From the NCBI GenBank assembly GCA_976551045.1, contig CDPCPM010000370.1, positions 1,302,001 to 1,366,000 on the forward strand: DNA of 64,000 nucleotides. Reading direction: 5' to 3'. A model generated the notes under the pieces. The model saw only the letters and a list, made by a program, of their open reading frames with translations, searched no databases and had not been told where the DNA came from. Of the stretch, positions 1 through 11,869 are shown one piece after another; the stretch's first letter is position 1, and each line of letters starts with the position of its first letter. The stretch comes from Glaucostegus cemiculus. Its lineage: Eukaryota. A program made the position numbers and the translations under genes.

Positions 1-196
1 GGTGGGCCGCTGATGTTAGAACAGGCATTGCTTGCTGAGAACTATATTTTGAGGAAGCTGACCATAACACAAAGGGTCACTGAAAATTAAGTTCACAGAT
101 AAAATTGGATGTTCACGGAAAATTAACAAAACATGAAAGAAAGGATTCCTGGGCTGGATATCAATGAGAACATGTTTCCTTTTCTGATTTCTTTAG

Positions 197-324
197 ATTT
201 ACCTGACAGCCACAAGATTGAAAACTATGAAGGAGACAGAGAGAATATCTGGACAATGGCTTCCACATTCATCATCCTGTTCTTCCTGAGCATTTCCTAC
301 GGCGCTGCCTTAACTCTAGTGAAG
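197..324 (+). CDS. IGHM: Ig heavy chain (IgM-type) transmembrane exon TM1 of an upstream cluster whose other exons lie left of the window
   Basis: ttctttag acceptor; (D)LPDSHKIENYEGDRENIWTMASTFIILFFLSISYGAALTLVK; gtgagt donor; 128 bp, same length as the paralog at 8778-8905. Isotype is inferred from that similarity only. Confidence 0.88.
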
Positions 325-399
325 GTGAGTTCATTTCACTCACCATTCCACCTGATTGAAGTCAGTGGACAAATATCGAACATTTTTAAATTAATTAAT

Positions 400-643
400 T
401 TTTAATTATTTACAGCATGGTAACAGGCCCTTTCGGCCCTCCGAGTCCACGCCGCCCATTTTAAACCCCGAAATTCATCTACCCGTAGGTCTTTCAGAAT
501 GTGGGAGGAAACCGGAGCACCCAGAGGAAACCCACGCAGACACGGGAGAACGTACAAACTCCTTACAGAGAGCGACGGGAATCGAACCCCGATCGCTGGC
601 GCTGTAACAGCGTCGCGCTAACCGCTACGCTATCGTGCCGCCC
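400..643 (-). mobile_element. tRNA-derived V-SINE (HE1-like) in the TM1-TM2 intron
   Basis: Minus strand starts GGGCGGCACGATAGCGTAGCGGTTAGCGC with a GGTTCGATTCCC B-box, then the V-domain TGCGTGGGTTTCCTCTGGGTGCTCCGGTTTCCTCCCAC; very similar copy at 39175-39418. Confidence 0.85.
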
Positions 644-743
644 TACTTTTATCCATTCTAATTTTCAATTTTATCCATTGAAAACATGTATTGAAGTTTT
701 CCATCACTAATCGACTTATATATTCTCTATCCTTCTTTCATAG

Positions 744-752
744 GTCAAGTGA
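744..752 (+). CDS. IGHM: IgH TM2 exon (V-K-stop)
   Basis: ctttcatag|GTC AAG TGA completes the KVK cytoplasmic tail. Confidence 0.88.
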   Translation, partial: VK

Positions 753-1476
753 TGGTTGAACCAATGAAGCCAGAGATTTTTCCGATTGTTCCTTGGACAC
801 CTCAGTTGAAATACATTTAAAAAAATCCCGTTCAGGAACTGTCATGAGTTGGATTTCAGTTCCTCATTCTGTATTGTTCATTATCAGAATTTTCTGCGGC
901 CACATGTCTCACTAATTCGGCTGTGTTACTTTTAAATCCAGATGTCCTGAGTCAATTCGTCGATTTTTGTTGAATATTCCCAGTTTTTAAACCATGATCC
1001 TTCCCTGTCCTCTTCCCGGCATCCGATGTATTTCTGAAAATAGCTGCCAGAGCAATTTGTTCGCAAGGAGGCCGTTCTTCGTCATTTTCACTTTAAGATG
1101 CATTTAGGTCAGAGAATCCGTAATTAGTGGAATGGCTAAAATATATCTAATGGTCCAAGAACTATCTTGGGATTCTTCTCTTGAAGCCTTCTGCACAAGT
1201 TCCAATTCCACCTCACACAGCTCTTATATCTTCCCGCACTGTACTGTCTATCACGTTATTACATTTCCCGGAATGTAAATTATTCGCATATTCTTGTGTA
1301 AAATTTGTCCTTCTCCATATTCCCACCCTGCCCTGTTTCTTTGCTCTGTTGTGCTTTACAATTGCACAGAGTGCTAGCAGCTCAGACTGCCTGTTCTCAG
1401 GATGAAAAACAATAGTGATTAGCATTTTTTCTTATTTTTCAAACAATATCTACAAATTGTTCTGTGTGTAATAGTC

Positions 1477-1482
1477 AATAAA
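1477..1482 (+). terminator. polyA signal of the + strand membrane IgH mRNA
   Basis: AATAAA whose flanks align by eye with the AATAAA at 6742-6747 (-) of the paralog. Confidence 0.65.
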
Positions 1483-1642
1483 GCTGTATTTTCAAAGTCA
1501 CCAATTTGGCATTACATTCCTTTCTACTTACCGTACCCAAGTTGCTGCAATTTGACGATCACTGTGACATCTTTCCCCAGTTACAGTTTCCAACTTGTCT
1601 GCCTCTGCTTGCATCCATGTATCGCCGATTAGTTATACACAA

Positions 1643-1655
1643 CGCCCTCTGGCGG
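1643..1655 (-). promoter_or_regulatory. CTCF-consensus motif just 3' of the IgH polyA site
   Basis: Minus strand CCGCCAGAGGGCG; motif match only. Confidence 0.4.
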
Positions 1656-3349
1656 CTCAACACACGGGAGTGACTTCTCTGCGCCATATTATTTCAAGTT
1701 GCAGGAATGAAATGGTGAGCAAGACACAGTTGTAAACTTTAATATTATTGCGGTCTGCAGAGTCAACTGGAATATTACGATGGATTTTCCATACCCACAT
1801 AGAATAAAATAACTCAATTATTGACAATACGTCCTTGTTTTGGAAAATAATATATTTCAGATCATCCAACTATCAGTATCCATGACAATGGGAGCACACA
1901 TAATATGTCTGGTATTGACGTACCACTACTCTTGCAAATACTTCAGAAAATCTCTCTAAAATGGGGCATGGGAATGAGAGGGAAGGATACTACGACTGAA
2001 TTCCTGCGTCACTGCAAAACTCAGATTACACTGCACCACAGAAATGAAATCCATTTATTTTATCTCTTAACTTAAATAGACCTGAGGCGAAAAAACATAT
2101 TGAGTGCAACAACGTTACATAGGACTAAGTTTGGAAATTGGCATTGTTTTGAATGATAGTGGCATGCACGATGCGCAGCGACGGAGATGTACTTACTCCC
2201 TTGTGACATAACATTCCACCACTCCCGTTTATGGTCCTCCCAAGCGCAGTTCGCTCAAGATATTGAGAGGAAACATCGTATTCTATTAATTGATGTCAGG
2301 TGAATATTTTAATCGTTTCTCTCGATCCAGCTGACAAAGGGAAGCAGATGCAAGAATAAATGTGTGTGGAACTGCAGGGCAGAGGGCTTGAGGGATTAGA
2401 AAATAGGAAGGCAAATATGGAGTGTAGAAGACAAATCAGGAGTTGAGAAAGATGGCAGTGATTCGATTGATGAGACTGAAACAGAAAAACTGGTAACAAA
2501 AGACTACAAGTTAAAGTTGATGATTTCACCCTTGACTTTGAGATGATTAATTCCACGTTGAAATAAAATATGCACCTCCTATAAATAATATGACAAAATC
2601 TCAATTTGTGGACTTGTCTCTCCGAAAAATATTGGTAATATCATCTGTCAGCATCGACTCAGTGTGCAACAGCAGGGTCCAAATGCTGACGTCCTGCCAT
2701 TGCAACATGCAATCCATTGGATTCAGGCTTAATCCCTCAGGTGTTCGATGCAATTAAAGGGCGTGATCGCCCCTTTTACTGATCCTTGTTATCCAGATAC
2801 AGAAACATACTATTTCTCTTTCTTAATCCCCATTATACCAGACTTACCACCTGTTCCAGCTCCAGAAGTCATTGTTCCGCCGCTTATGCATGCATGTAAA
2901 CTACCCCATGTGATATGAGTGTGCATTTATTCATTTAAAGGTTCTTTTTCCGTGAGGTGTATATGCCTTGTAGGTGAACTATTTCTATTTGACGACTCAT
3001 GATTTCATGATGTGGCATGTAGTAAATCAACAGTAAATCAATCTCAATGAGATGAATATCGTTCTTTCTTATTACCGTCGTCCGTATTTCAATCGTCCAT
3101 GCCCCGAGATGTGAAACATTAATTTGAAATATTCGAGTTTAATACAGTTTACATCACATCTGTTGTTGCTGCACTTTGTGAAGCTTTTCCTTGTTTTAAA
3201 GAGAACAGACACTGTTATAATTACATCTGTATAACACCTGAAGACTCTGCTAAGTTTATCTATAATCGCTACCAAACCGTGCCAAGTCTCTCTTCATATG
3301 GCACTTCTCCGTTAAGTTAAAGCACAGCCATTGAATATTCAAGAATACA

Positions 3350-4952
3350 TTGCATTAGAGCATGCCTTGGTTTCAAATAATGTCTGACCTCTGTATTACC
3401 GTGGACCTCGTCGAGAAATTCCTGGACAGAATTGGAACTGAGAGGAAGGATAAGTAGTGGATAGGACATAAATGCAGTCAGTTGAATGGGTTTAAATTTG
3501 TTTACTTTAATGCAAAAAATATTGAGAAGAAGGGTGATGAACTCGGATTATGGATCAGCACATGAAATTCCGTTGTTTTGGCCATTACAGAGACTTGACT
3601 GTTGCAAGTGCAGGATTGACTGTTTGACATACAGAGGTTTGGCTGTTTCAAAACGGGTTGGGAGGAAGTTTTGAGAGAAAGATTGGGATTACTAATCAGA
3701 GATAGGATCACTGTCGCAGAAAGGAAGGCCGTCGTGGAGAGATCATATACTAACTCAGTGTGTGTCGAAGTGAGAAAGAGTAAGGGAACAATCACTCTGT
3801 TGGGAGAATTCCATAGACCCCCTCCCCAGTGGCAACTGAGCTACTGCGGAGTAGATAATTCAGCAGATTTATGGAAGGTTGCAAAATAATAGGGCTGTTG
3901 TCAGGGGTGATTTCACGTTCCCAAATATTGATTGGCAACTGCATAGTGCGAAAGGTTTAGATGAGGCAAAATTTCTTAAGTATGTTCAGAAAGGATTCCT
4001 GACACATTATTTGGACAGGTCGACGTTTAGAGATACCAAACTGTGTCAGTACTGGGCAATGAATCTGGTCAGATGACCAACATACCGGTGCGCAAGCGTT
4101 TCGGAGAAAGTGACCGCAATTCCCAGACATTTAGCAGGGGCATGGACAATGATGGTGTCAGACGATATGGGAGAGTATTTAATTGGGGGAGATATAGATA
4201 CGATGGTATCAGGGAGAATTTGGGGGCGTATATTGGGAACATCTCTTCTCATGGAAATGCACAGCTGAATTGTGCAAGTTGTTTAGGGACGACTTGCATG
4301 GGGTTCATATATGTTTATCCCTCTGAGGTAGTGTGATGGATCCACGTTTGACATGAGAGGTGGACCATGTAGTCAAGAGAAAGCAGGAAGCATGCTAAAG
4401 GTTCAGGAAACCGAATAATCAGGAAAGATGTTAAGAATTATAAAATAGCCAATAAGGATCTGAAGAAGGGACTTAGGAGAGATGAAAAGGTCATTAGAAG
4501 GCTTGTCAAGCAGGATTAAGGAAAATGCCAAAACATTGTACACGTTTATGAAGAACAGGAGGATTACGAGACTGAGGGTAGGACCGCTCAGGGATAAAGA
4601 GGTAAAATGTGCGGTGGAAGAAGTAGGGACTTTCTTAATGAATATGTGTTTCATTGTTCACCAGGGACAGGCAATTGAGGAATGTGAGGTCAGCATAGAA
4701 AAGGCGAATGTGCTGGAGCATCTCGAGGTTAAAAAAAGGCAGTTGGAGTTTTGGAAAACATTAGGATCGATACGTCCACGGGGCTGGGCGGTATACACCC
4801 CGTTTACCACGGAGAGCAAGAGAAGTGATTGCTGGGATGTTGACGATGATCTTTCCTTCCTTCCTGGCCACAGTCGAGGTACGGAAGTATTGGAGGATGG
4901 CAAATGCTGTGCCGTTGTCCAAAATGGTAATACGGATAATCCTGTGAATTAC
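3350..4952 (+). mobile_element. Decayed CR1-clade LINE ORF2 (endonuclease to start of RT)
   Basis: Frameshifted fragments NRAVVRGDFTFPNIDW, RIKENAKTLYTFMKNRRITRLRVGPLRD, DNPVNY; boundaries approximate. Confidence 0.8.
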
Positions 4953-5930
4953 CACCCTCTGTTTCCTTCCTCCGAGCCAATTGTAAATCCAACTAACTAG
5001 GTCTCTCGGGATTCCACGGAACCTAACCTTCCAGACCATACTTCTGTGCTGGTAGGCTTCTAAACCAACTGAATATTACCTTATTTTACTTGATCGGAGT
5101 CTCAATATCCCTCCTTAGCCAAGGTTCCCTGAACATGCCAGGTTTAGTTATCCTTAACTAAAATAGGCTCATGCTGCTCCTTGTCGTTTGGTATCATACG
5201 ACTGAAAGCATCCCACTTGTTATTAGTCCCTTTCCCTTGAAACAAGCTCTGTCAATCGAACTCTGCGAGATCCTTCCAAATACTCACAAAGCTTTCTCTG
5301 CTGCAATTTTGGACCCGAACCCTCGGATCTGTCGGAGCCGTTTCTATCACGATCATAAAACTAATAGAATGATGGTCACAACAGCCCAGATGTTCCGTGT
5401 GCGCTACTTCAATTACTTGCCCTGAGGATATCCAGTATTGCAACTTCCGGAGTCGTGTCCGAGATATATTTTCTCAAGAATATTTCCTGGACACATATCA
5501 CAAATTCTACCCCGTTCCGACCCTTTGAGTTCTGGGCGGAACATTCAATACCAGGGCAAATAAAATACCCCACAAATATAACCCTCATCTCTGAGGAATT
5601 TCTCCACACATACTACTTCAATTTACGTTGACTTTTGGGATCTTTCATACAGCCCACTGTTGTCTCCTGCCCCTTGTTGCTTTTAAGTTCCTCTCATATG
5701 TCCTCACTGGACGATACCCCAAGAATACCCTAAGTACCGCTGTTATGAACTTCGTTCTCAAATAGGCAGCACCCTCGCTTCGCTGTGCCTCTGTGACGCC
5801 TGCAGCATGTATGTGGTGGAATACCGATCTGCCAGACGGTTTCAGACAACTTATCGAAGATAACATGAACGGAGATTTTACATATATTGCACAAAACAAC
5901 GAGGGAAACACTGCGGAGAACAAGACATTG
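4953..5930 (-). mobile_element. Decayed CR1 LINE fragments, opposite orientation
   Basis: LVSWIYNWLGGRKQRVV, EHLGCCDHHSISF, GYFICPGIEC..GVEFVICVQE..AILD; boundaries approximate. Confidence 0.75.
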
Positions 5931-6741
5931 AGACAATAACAAAACCAGCAACAGGTTCATGATCGGGAAAGAAGTGGTCGCTGTCTGCCGTTTGCGAAGA
6001 AACCTTCGGGTTGCACAGATCGTTTCACGAATCTGATGATTGCTGGAAACTTGTAGCGCCTGAATCCCGTGGCATGGGTCTGGGCATTTCCCTGCCGGTG
6101 GGGATTTTGGAAAACAGATTGGGCCAAGAACACCATAATATTTGAATTAAATAAAACACAACTCATCCTTGTCAAAACCTCTGAGATCCGGTTGACAGGA
6201 CGGACTTTCTCGATGGACAAGTTTCCTCGGGGATAATGTCATCTCAGATCGCCGATGGAGCCGGGATTCATTCGTGTTACCTCACCGCAACCCCTCCCAT
6301 TTCCAGTGAGTTTCGCACATCATTTCCAAGGAGAGTAGTGCGTCGATGTCCGCCCACATTGTGTTGGAAGCACAGGGATAAAATGTTGTCCTCAAAACTA
6401 TGTATTATCAATGATAAATTATTATTTTAAAGGTGTATCATAGTCACATTCTGGTTGACTTTGCAGTCTATAATTAATTTGTAGAATGTGAGCTCAGTCG
6501 CGCTCACCATTTCATCCCTGGCACCTGAAATAATTTGGCTCAGTGAAGGTGATTTCGGTGTCTCGACGGTCCAAGTGGCATTGTGTCTGCTTAACCAGGG
6601 AAGCTTGGATGCAAACACACCAGATTACAAGGAAAATATAACTGAGGAAATCTGTTGCAGTAGGACAGTGAATTAGAAGAAACAGTGAAGCATCGCAGAG
6701 AAAGGAATGGAACAAACATGTTGTTCACTTTGGAAACTGAT

Positions 6742-6747
6742 TTTATT
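6742..6747 (-). terminator. Ancestral polyA signal of the - strand membrane IgM mRNA
   Basis: AATAAA (-) inside a stretch (about 6560-7170) that aligns with the 3' UTR and flank of the + strand paralog (about 1085-1660). Confidence 0.6.
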
Positions 6748-7175
6748 GCTAGTTTCACTCAAAACAATTCACAGAGAATATTTGGAAAAGTTAAGATAAA
6801 GTGCACAGTACAGATATATTTTACACTGAGACCATACTGTCTGAACCGTTAGCTCTATTGTTAATTGCAAGGGACACCAGTGGAAAGAAATGCGGCAAGG
6901 AAATCGTATGCATAAACGACGGTTGCTTCGTCCTCACGGAAAATTCGAACAATTGGGATTCGATGAGACATGTTTACATAATGGACAGTGGTGTCAGCAA
7001 TGCGAAAGAAAGTCATTTATGGGGAACAGGAGGATGTGCAGGAGGCTTCCAGAACGGAACCATAGAACGATAGGGCAATATAGCACAAGAAGGCCCAACA
7101 TGTAAGCAAATTCCATACTAGTCATTTTGTCATGGAGATGTGTTAACGATTGCACACAACAGACTTTTAAGTGAA

Positions 7176-8257
7176 GCAAACATCAAAGGAAGCAACAGAC
7201 AAAGCGCTGAGGAACTCATCGGGACAGAGAGCATCTATGGAGGAAAATGAACAGGCAAAGGTGAGTGACGAGATCCCTTCATCTTTACTGAACGAAAGAG
7301 GGGAGATAGCCAGGATAACATATATCGGCAAGTTGTGGAACATAAGTTGGAAATAGAGAAATAAAAGACTGCAAACGGCGGAATCCAGATGAAAAAAACA
7401 GCAAGATGCTGGAGGAACTCGGGCATCATTACTGGAAGAAAATAAACGGTCAAATGTTTTGGATCAAGCCTGCTGAGCTCCTCCATCATTTTATTGTTTA
7501 TTCATGAGCTAGATTCTGACAGCTAGATATCCCGGAAAAGGTGATAGAAAGATCGGGAAGGGGGAGTGAGAATGATTCAGAAGCTGGCAAGTGATCAGTG
7601 GAATTGACAAAGGATATTGTGATGGAATCTGATAGGAGCGGTAAGTGGAGGATGAAATAAATGGAGGAAGGTGGGGATGGAATGCGGTAGGATGAGTTGT
7701 TGGTGATGGTCAGCTGGAAAGGGTGGGGTGGGGAAAGGAATAGAGTGACGGGGGCCAGTCTTATCAAGAGGAAAGTGAAAAGAAAAAAAAATGGAAGTTG
7801 CAGAGAGAGAGCGATTTCCTGAAGCTTGGGAATTCGACGGTCATGCCGCCAGGCTGGAAAATGCCAAGGCTGAACGGAAGCTGTTGATGTTCAAGTTTGC
7901 GTTCAGACTCGAATAGGCAGCGGAGGAGTTCGCGGACAGGCATGTTGCTATGGGAATAGGAACTGGGAAGAAAATAGCTGGCCACTGGGAGTTTCTGACT
8001 GGCACGGATGGAGGCGCTGCGGTAATCGGTGAAGCGGTCAGCCAATCCGCATTCGGTCTCACCAATGTCGAGGAGGCCATAACGGGAGCAGTGTGTGCAA
8101 AATATAACACCGCAGGATTCACATGTTAAGTATTTGCCTCACCTTGAAGGACTATTGAAGGCTGTGGGTTATGTTGAGGGATGAAGTGTAGGGGTGGGTG
8201 CAACCCTTTGTTCGGTTACAGGGACGAGTTCCTGGGGAGGGAGAGGGATATGTGGGG
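7176..8257 (-). mobile_element. Penelope-like retroelement fragment (GIY-YIG endonuclease end) inserted in the IgM TM 3' UTR
   Basis: Decayed YIGET..RLADRF..LPVASYF...RKLEHQQLPFSLGIFQPGGMTVEF; flanked by direct repeat AGTGAA (7170-7175 and 8258-8263). Confidence 0.7.
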
Positions 8258-8634
8258 AGTGAATCATGAAGAAAGTTATTCCTGTGGAAATCGGAGAGTA
8301 CGAATTATCTGTCCTCGTTGGGGATCCTCTGCACAAGTGCACTGGACACCATAAAGACGGAAAGCATGGTCATGGTAATAAAATAGGAACAGGAACAGGT
8401 GTGAAACATCAACGTGAAAGTCAACTTTTAGACAGATCGCCTCAATTTTTAAAGGTAACACAGATACATAAACTTTGTTGTAAAAGCATTTCACGCAATA
8501 ATAAACAATTAAGACTCAGTAAATGAAATCTTGTTCATTACGTCCTGCACTTTAGATCGCAATATTTTCAGCCATGTCAACGAAGATGTCAACGCGATGA
8601 TGAGAAAAATCCAAAGATTCGTAGTTTGGCACCA

Positions 8635-8643
8635 TCATTTGAC
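8635..8643 (-). CDS. IGHM: IgM TM2 exon (V-K-stop)
   Basis: ttcgcag|GTC AAA TGA on the minus strand. Confidence 0.9.
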   Translation of the reverse strand, partial: VK

Positions 8644-8777
8644 CTGCGAAGGAAGGGCATAGAAAATGGAAGTACATTAGGTGTATGCAACGTTACTGCG
8701 AGGACTATTAATGGCAAACTGTTCGAGGAGTGTCCATCATATTCAATCAGGTTGGATAGTGCGTGGACTAAACTCAC

Positions 8778-8905
8778 CTTTATCAGGGTCAGGGCAGCGC
8801 CGTAGGTAATACTCAGGAAGAACAGGATAATGAATGTGGAAGCCGTTGTCCAGATGTTGTCTCTATCTTCCTCATACTCTTCAGTCCGGATGATGTCTGC
8901 GAAAT
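8778..8905 (-). CDS. IGHM: IgM TM1 exon
   Basis: (D)FADIIRTEEYEEDRDNIWTTASTFIILFFLSITYGAALTLIK with ag and gtgagt sites. Confidence 0.93.
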
Positions 8906-11087
8906 CTACAGAAAGCAGAAAGGGAAATACAGTCACATTGTTGTCTTGTCCACCGCATGATGTATTTATTGTTTTACATATTTTTCCGCCTTTGTGTCAG
9001 CGGAGTTCATGTTAATTTTTACAACTCAAGTCCTTCCTGTGTTCATGCTATCAGTGGTTCTCAACAAAAAAAATGCCTGTTGTAGCAATAGCGCCTTAAT
9101 AAGGTCGGTTTATATGTACAACTTCTTAATTCTAGTAACATATAGTTCTTGAGTATTTCATTTGTAACCCGAGTGGAAGACCAGTTGATATTGATTATTT
9201 ATGGGATGTTTTTCAAAAACTTAATAGGAAGTAGTAAAAGTTGTTGCATGAAGAAGCCCAATGGATGTAAGAATGTTTTATCATTAACTTGCACGAAAGA
9301 TAGTTGCTATGTATTTTGGAGGGTCAGAATTGAGAACGAGTTAAGGTTGTTCGATCATAACATCCGGTTAATAAAGATTTTAGATCATTTGCATCTCTGA
9401 CAATATGGTGTGTTGCCTTACCCGATTTTACAAAGAAATCTCCTTTACCATCGTGATCTTGATTACCTGTTGAGTTCAATTCTCTTTCGTGTGCCTGTCA
9501 CTGCCTTGACAAGATTATCTGCATGTTAGCTTGCGTAAGGTTTGATGTAATGTTTCAGGGAGATGCACGTGTGTAAGTTTCTGCATGTGTGTGTGTGGGG
9601 GGTATGTGCGCGCGTGTCTGTGTGCATTTGACTGACATTGTTTATATGTGCTTTATGTATGTGTGTGTCTGAGGTTGTGAAGCATCCGTTGCAAAGTCAT
9701 TCCGCATCAAGTTGTGAATAAATAAATATCCAGCCAAATTTCTTCTGTTGATGTGCAATTTCTGGGAGGATTTTGCCGTACGTGTAGTTTGGTGCGCAAG
9801 AGCGTACGCGTATACGGTATTAATGCGTTTTGAGTGCAACAGTCTCTATTTTGATCGCCTTTCAACGTGTTATGTTCGCCTTTCAGCGAGTGATTTTATG
9901 TTACAATTTTGTTTGAATTTCATTCATTTACGTGGAATAATGATTTAGTTTTTTAACGGGAAAGTATATTTTATGGAAGTGAGTCCGTATATTTATTAGT
10001 TTTCAACTTTTGTTGTTAATTTTCCTGCTCCTCCGCCTTGCATTGGTGTGGTGCGACAGTTGGAAGCAGAAACAACCAACACTAAACCACGAACGGAGTC
10101 TCCACTAAATAGCTTCCCCCATCTGGTGTTTCGACCCGACTCTAGGTTTCTACCTGACTATTCTCACCGTTACTACCCGAATCGAATAAAGACTCTGTCA
10201 CAGACTGAATGACATTTAATGACGAGAGCACTCTCAACGAGAGAATTCCTGAGTTGTATCGGCCTCTCAGAAGAAATATGACATTTTCGTCCCAAATGCT
10301 GACCCCTTCCCCTTATACTAAATCTCTTGGGAATGTACATACGGAAATAACTCCTCTCCTGACTATTAGAATGATAACATAACCAGCTGGACTGTGCGTC
10401 TGTGTGTTTGCGTGTGTGTGTGTGTGCGCGCGCTTATGATCATTGTTGCCAATTCATATCAGTGTTTCAGGATGCTAATGCTCATGCATGATGTGCATGT
10501 GCACGTTTTACACCGACTTCTGAAAACGTATATTGATGTAAAGTTTGAAATAGGCTTTTAAGATGGGTTCATCTTCAAGAACCCGATCTGGTTTTGATAG
10601 CTTTCATCACAATCTGTGTCAGGATAGTATTTCCCGTGATTGCATCAATGTTTTTAAAACGGTGCAGTGCAGTTGTATTTCAGAATATGTCGAAAAATCT
10701 CGTCCCCGATGCTGCAGAAATGGGTGCAACTGCGGGTGGACAGTTGTTCTTTCCCACCTTTTAAGTGGGGGAGAGTTCGTGACAGATTGTAACACACTCG
10801 CCTTGCCAATATCAATGGCTGAGATGCCTCTCCGATAATGACTGGATGGGAGACAGGAGAAGTAGAAAATCGGAACTCCAGAAGGTTAGATCGGAGTCCC
10901 CAGAACAAGACCACGGATCAGACTGTGATGGATTTTAATTTATCTCTCAGTCACTGGTGCGATTGAGCCCAGGGCGCCCCTTTGACAAACCCCGACGCCC
11001 ACAAATAAATAGATCTCGCTTGAGCGAAATGAGGAAAGAATTGATTAAGTGGGATCGGTCAGTACAACATGGGAAGAAAATGAAGTA

Positions 11088-11093
11088 TTTATT
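11088..11093 (-). terminator. polyA signal of the secreted IgM mRNA
   Basis: AATAAA about 40 bp after the secretory stop codon. Confidence 0.75.
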
Positions 11094-11130
11094 CATATAT
11101 ATTTAAAAATTGAATGTATTTGAATTATTC

Positions 11131-11522
11131 TCATTGACAAGAATTGACAGTGTCCATCAGTATAAGGGAAACGTTGACAAAACTGGGTTTACCGCTGGAC
11201 CGATTGACCGTTCTGGCGATGGTCTTCATGGGGAGGGTTTCGTGTCCCACGACACAGGTGTAAGATGCGCCACTGTTCCACTGATCAGGCCTGACGGATA
11301 ACCGACTATACACGAAGAAGGAGCTGTTGCCCTTCTCGGCCGCCACATCGGTATTCTGGTAGTTACTCGAATCCACCGGCTTGTCATCGACTGTCCACTT
11401 GAGGAAGATTTGGCGAGGGGAGAAACCTCTCACGAAGCAGGTGAGCGTTATTGACCGCTGAGCAGAGACTTCATCTTTCGGCGGAAGGAGGACAGAGACG
11501 GACGGTACCCGCGGGTGTGGAT
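11131..11522 (-). CDS. IGHM: IgM CH4 plus secretory tailpiece; internal donor after 11193 for the membrane form
   Basis: [76 protein letters not shown]; G|GTAAA donor; penultimate Cys and N-glycan site in the tail. Confidence 0.96.
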
Positions 11523-11869
11523 CTGCGGAACAATTGGAATAACGTTTGTTACACCGAAGAATGAGAGAGACGAGAAGCTAATAGCTTCAGGCATGAAGGA
11601 AATGTGATCGAGACTAAATTTTAGTGGTATGGAATTACACTTTTGTGAGGCATCGCTGCTTTCCAGCCCTGGACAGAGAGGGGTCTTCGAGCTGCAGGAA
11701 CTGGAAGGTTTGCCGGAGAACAGCACGAAATGTACAACACGGGGGAAGATCATTAGCCCTCACTGATCGAGGTGATGTCCCATGGGAGTATCCTAACACT
11801 TTTCCAGATATCGTTTGTTATCTTTTTTGATTCGACTGTTTCCCACATTCACTTCTCAACCTCCGCTTA

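Noticed and set aside
1181-3275. Short ORFs here and elsewhere in the six-frame track outside the listed exons
   Set aside because: No recognisable domains; mostly alternative-start, antisense or microsatellite-derived frames.
4900-5050. Plus-to-minus CR1 junctions (also near 12250 and 41990) as a special inversion mechanism
   Set aside because: Adequately explained by ordinary nested or adjacent insertions of old CR1 copies.
10040-11020. Possible LTR-like sequence in the CH4-TM1 intron
   Set aside because: No clear TG..CA ends, second copy, primer-binding site or coding remnants seen.
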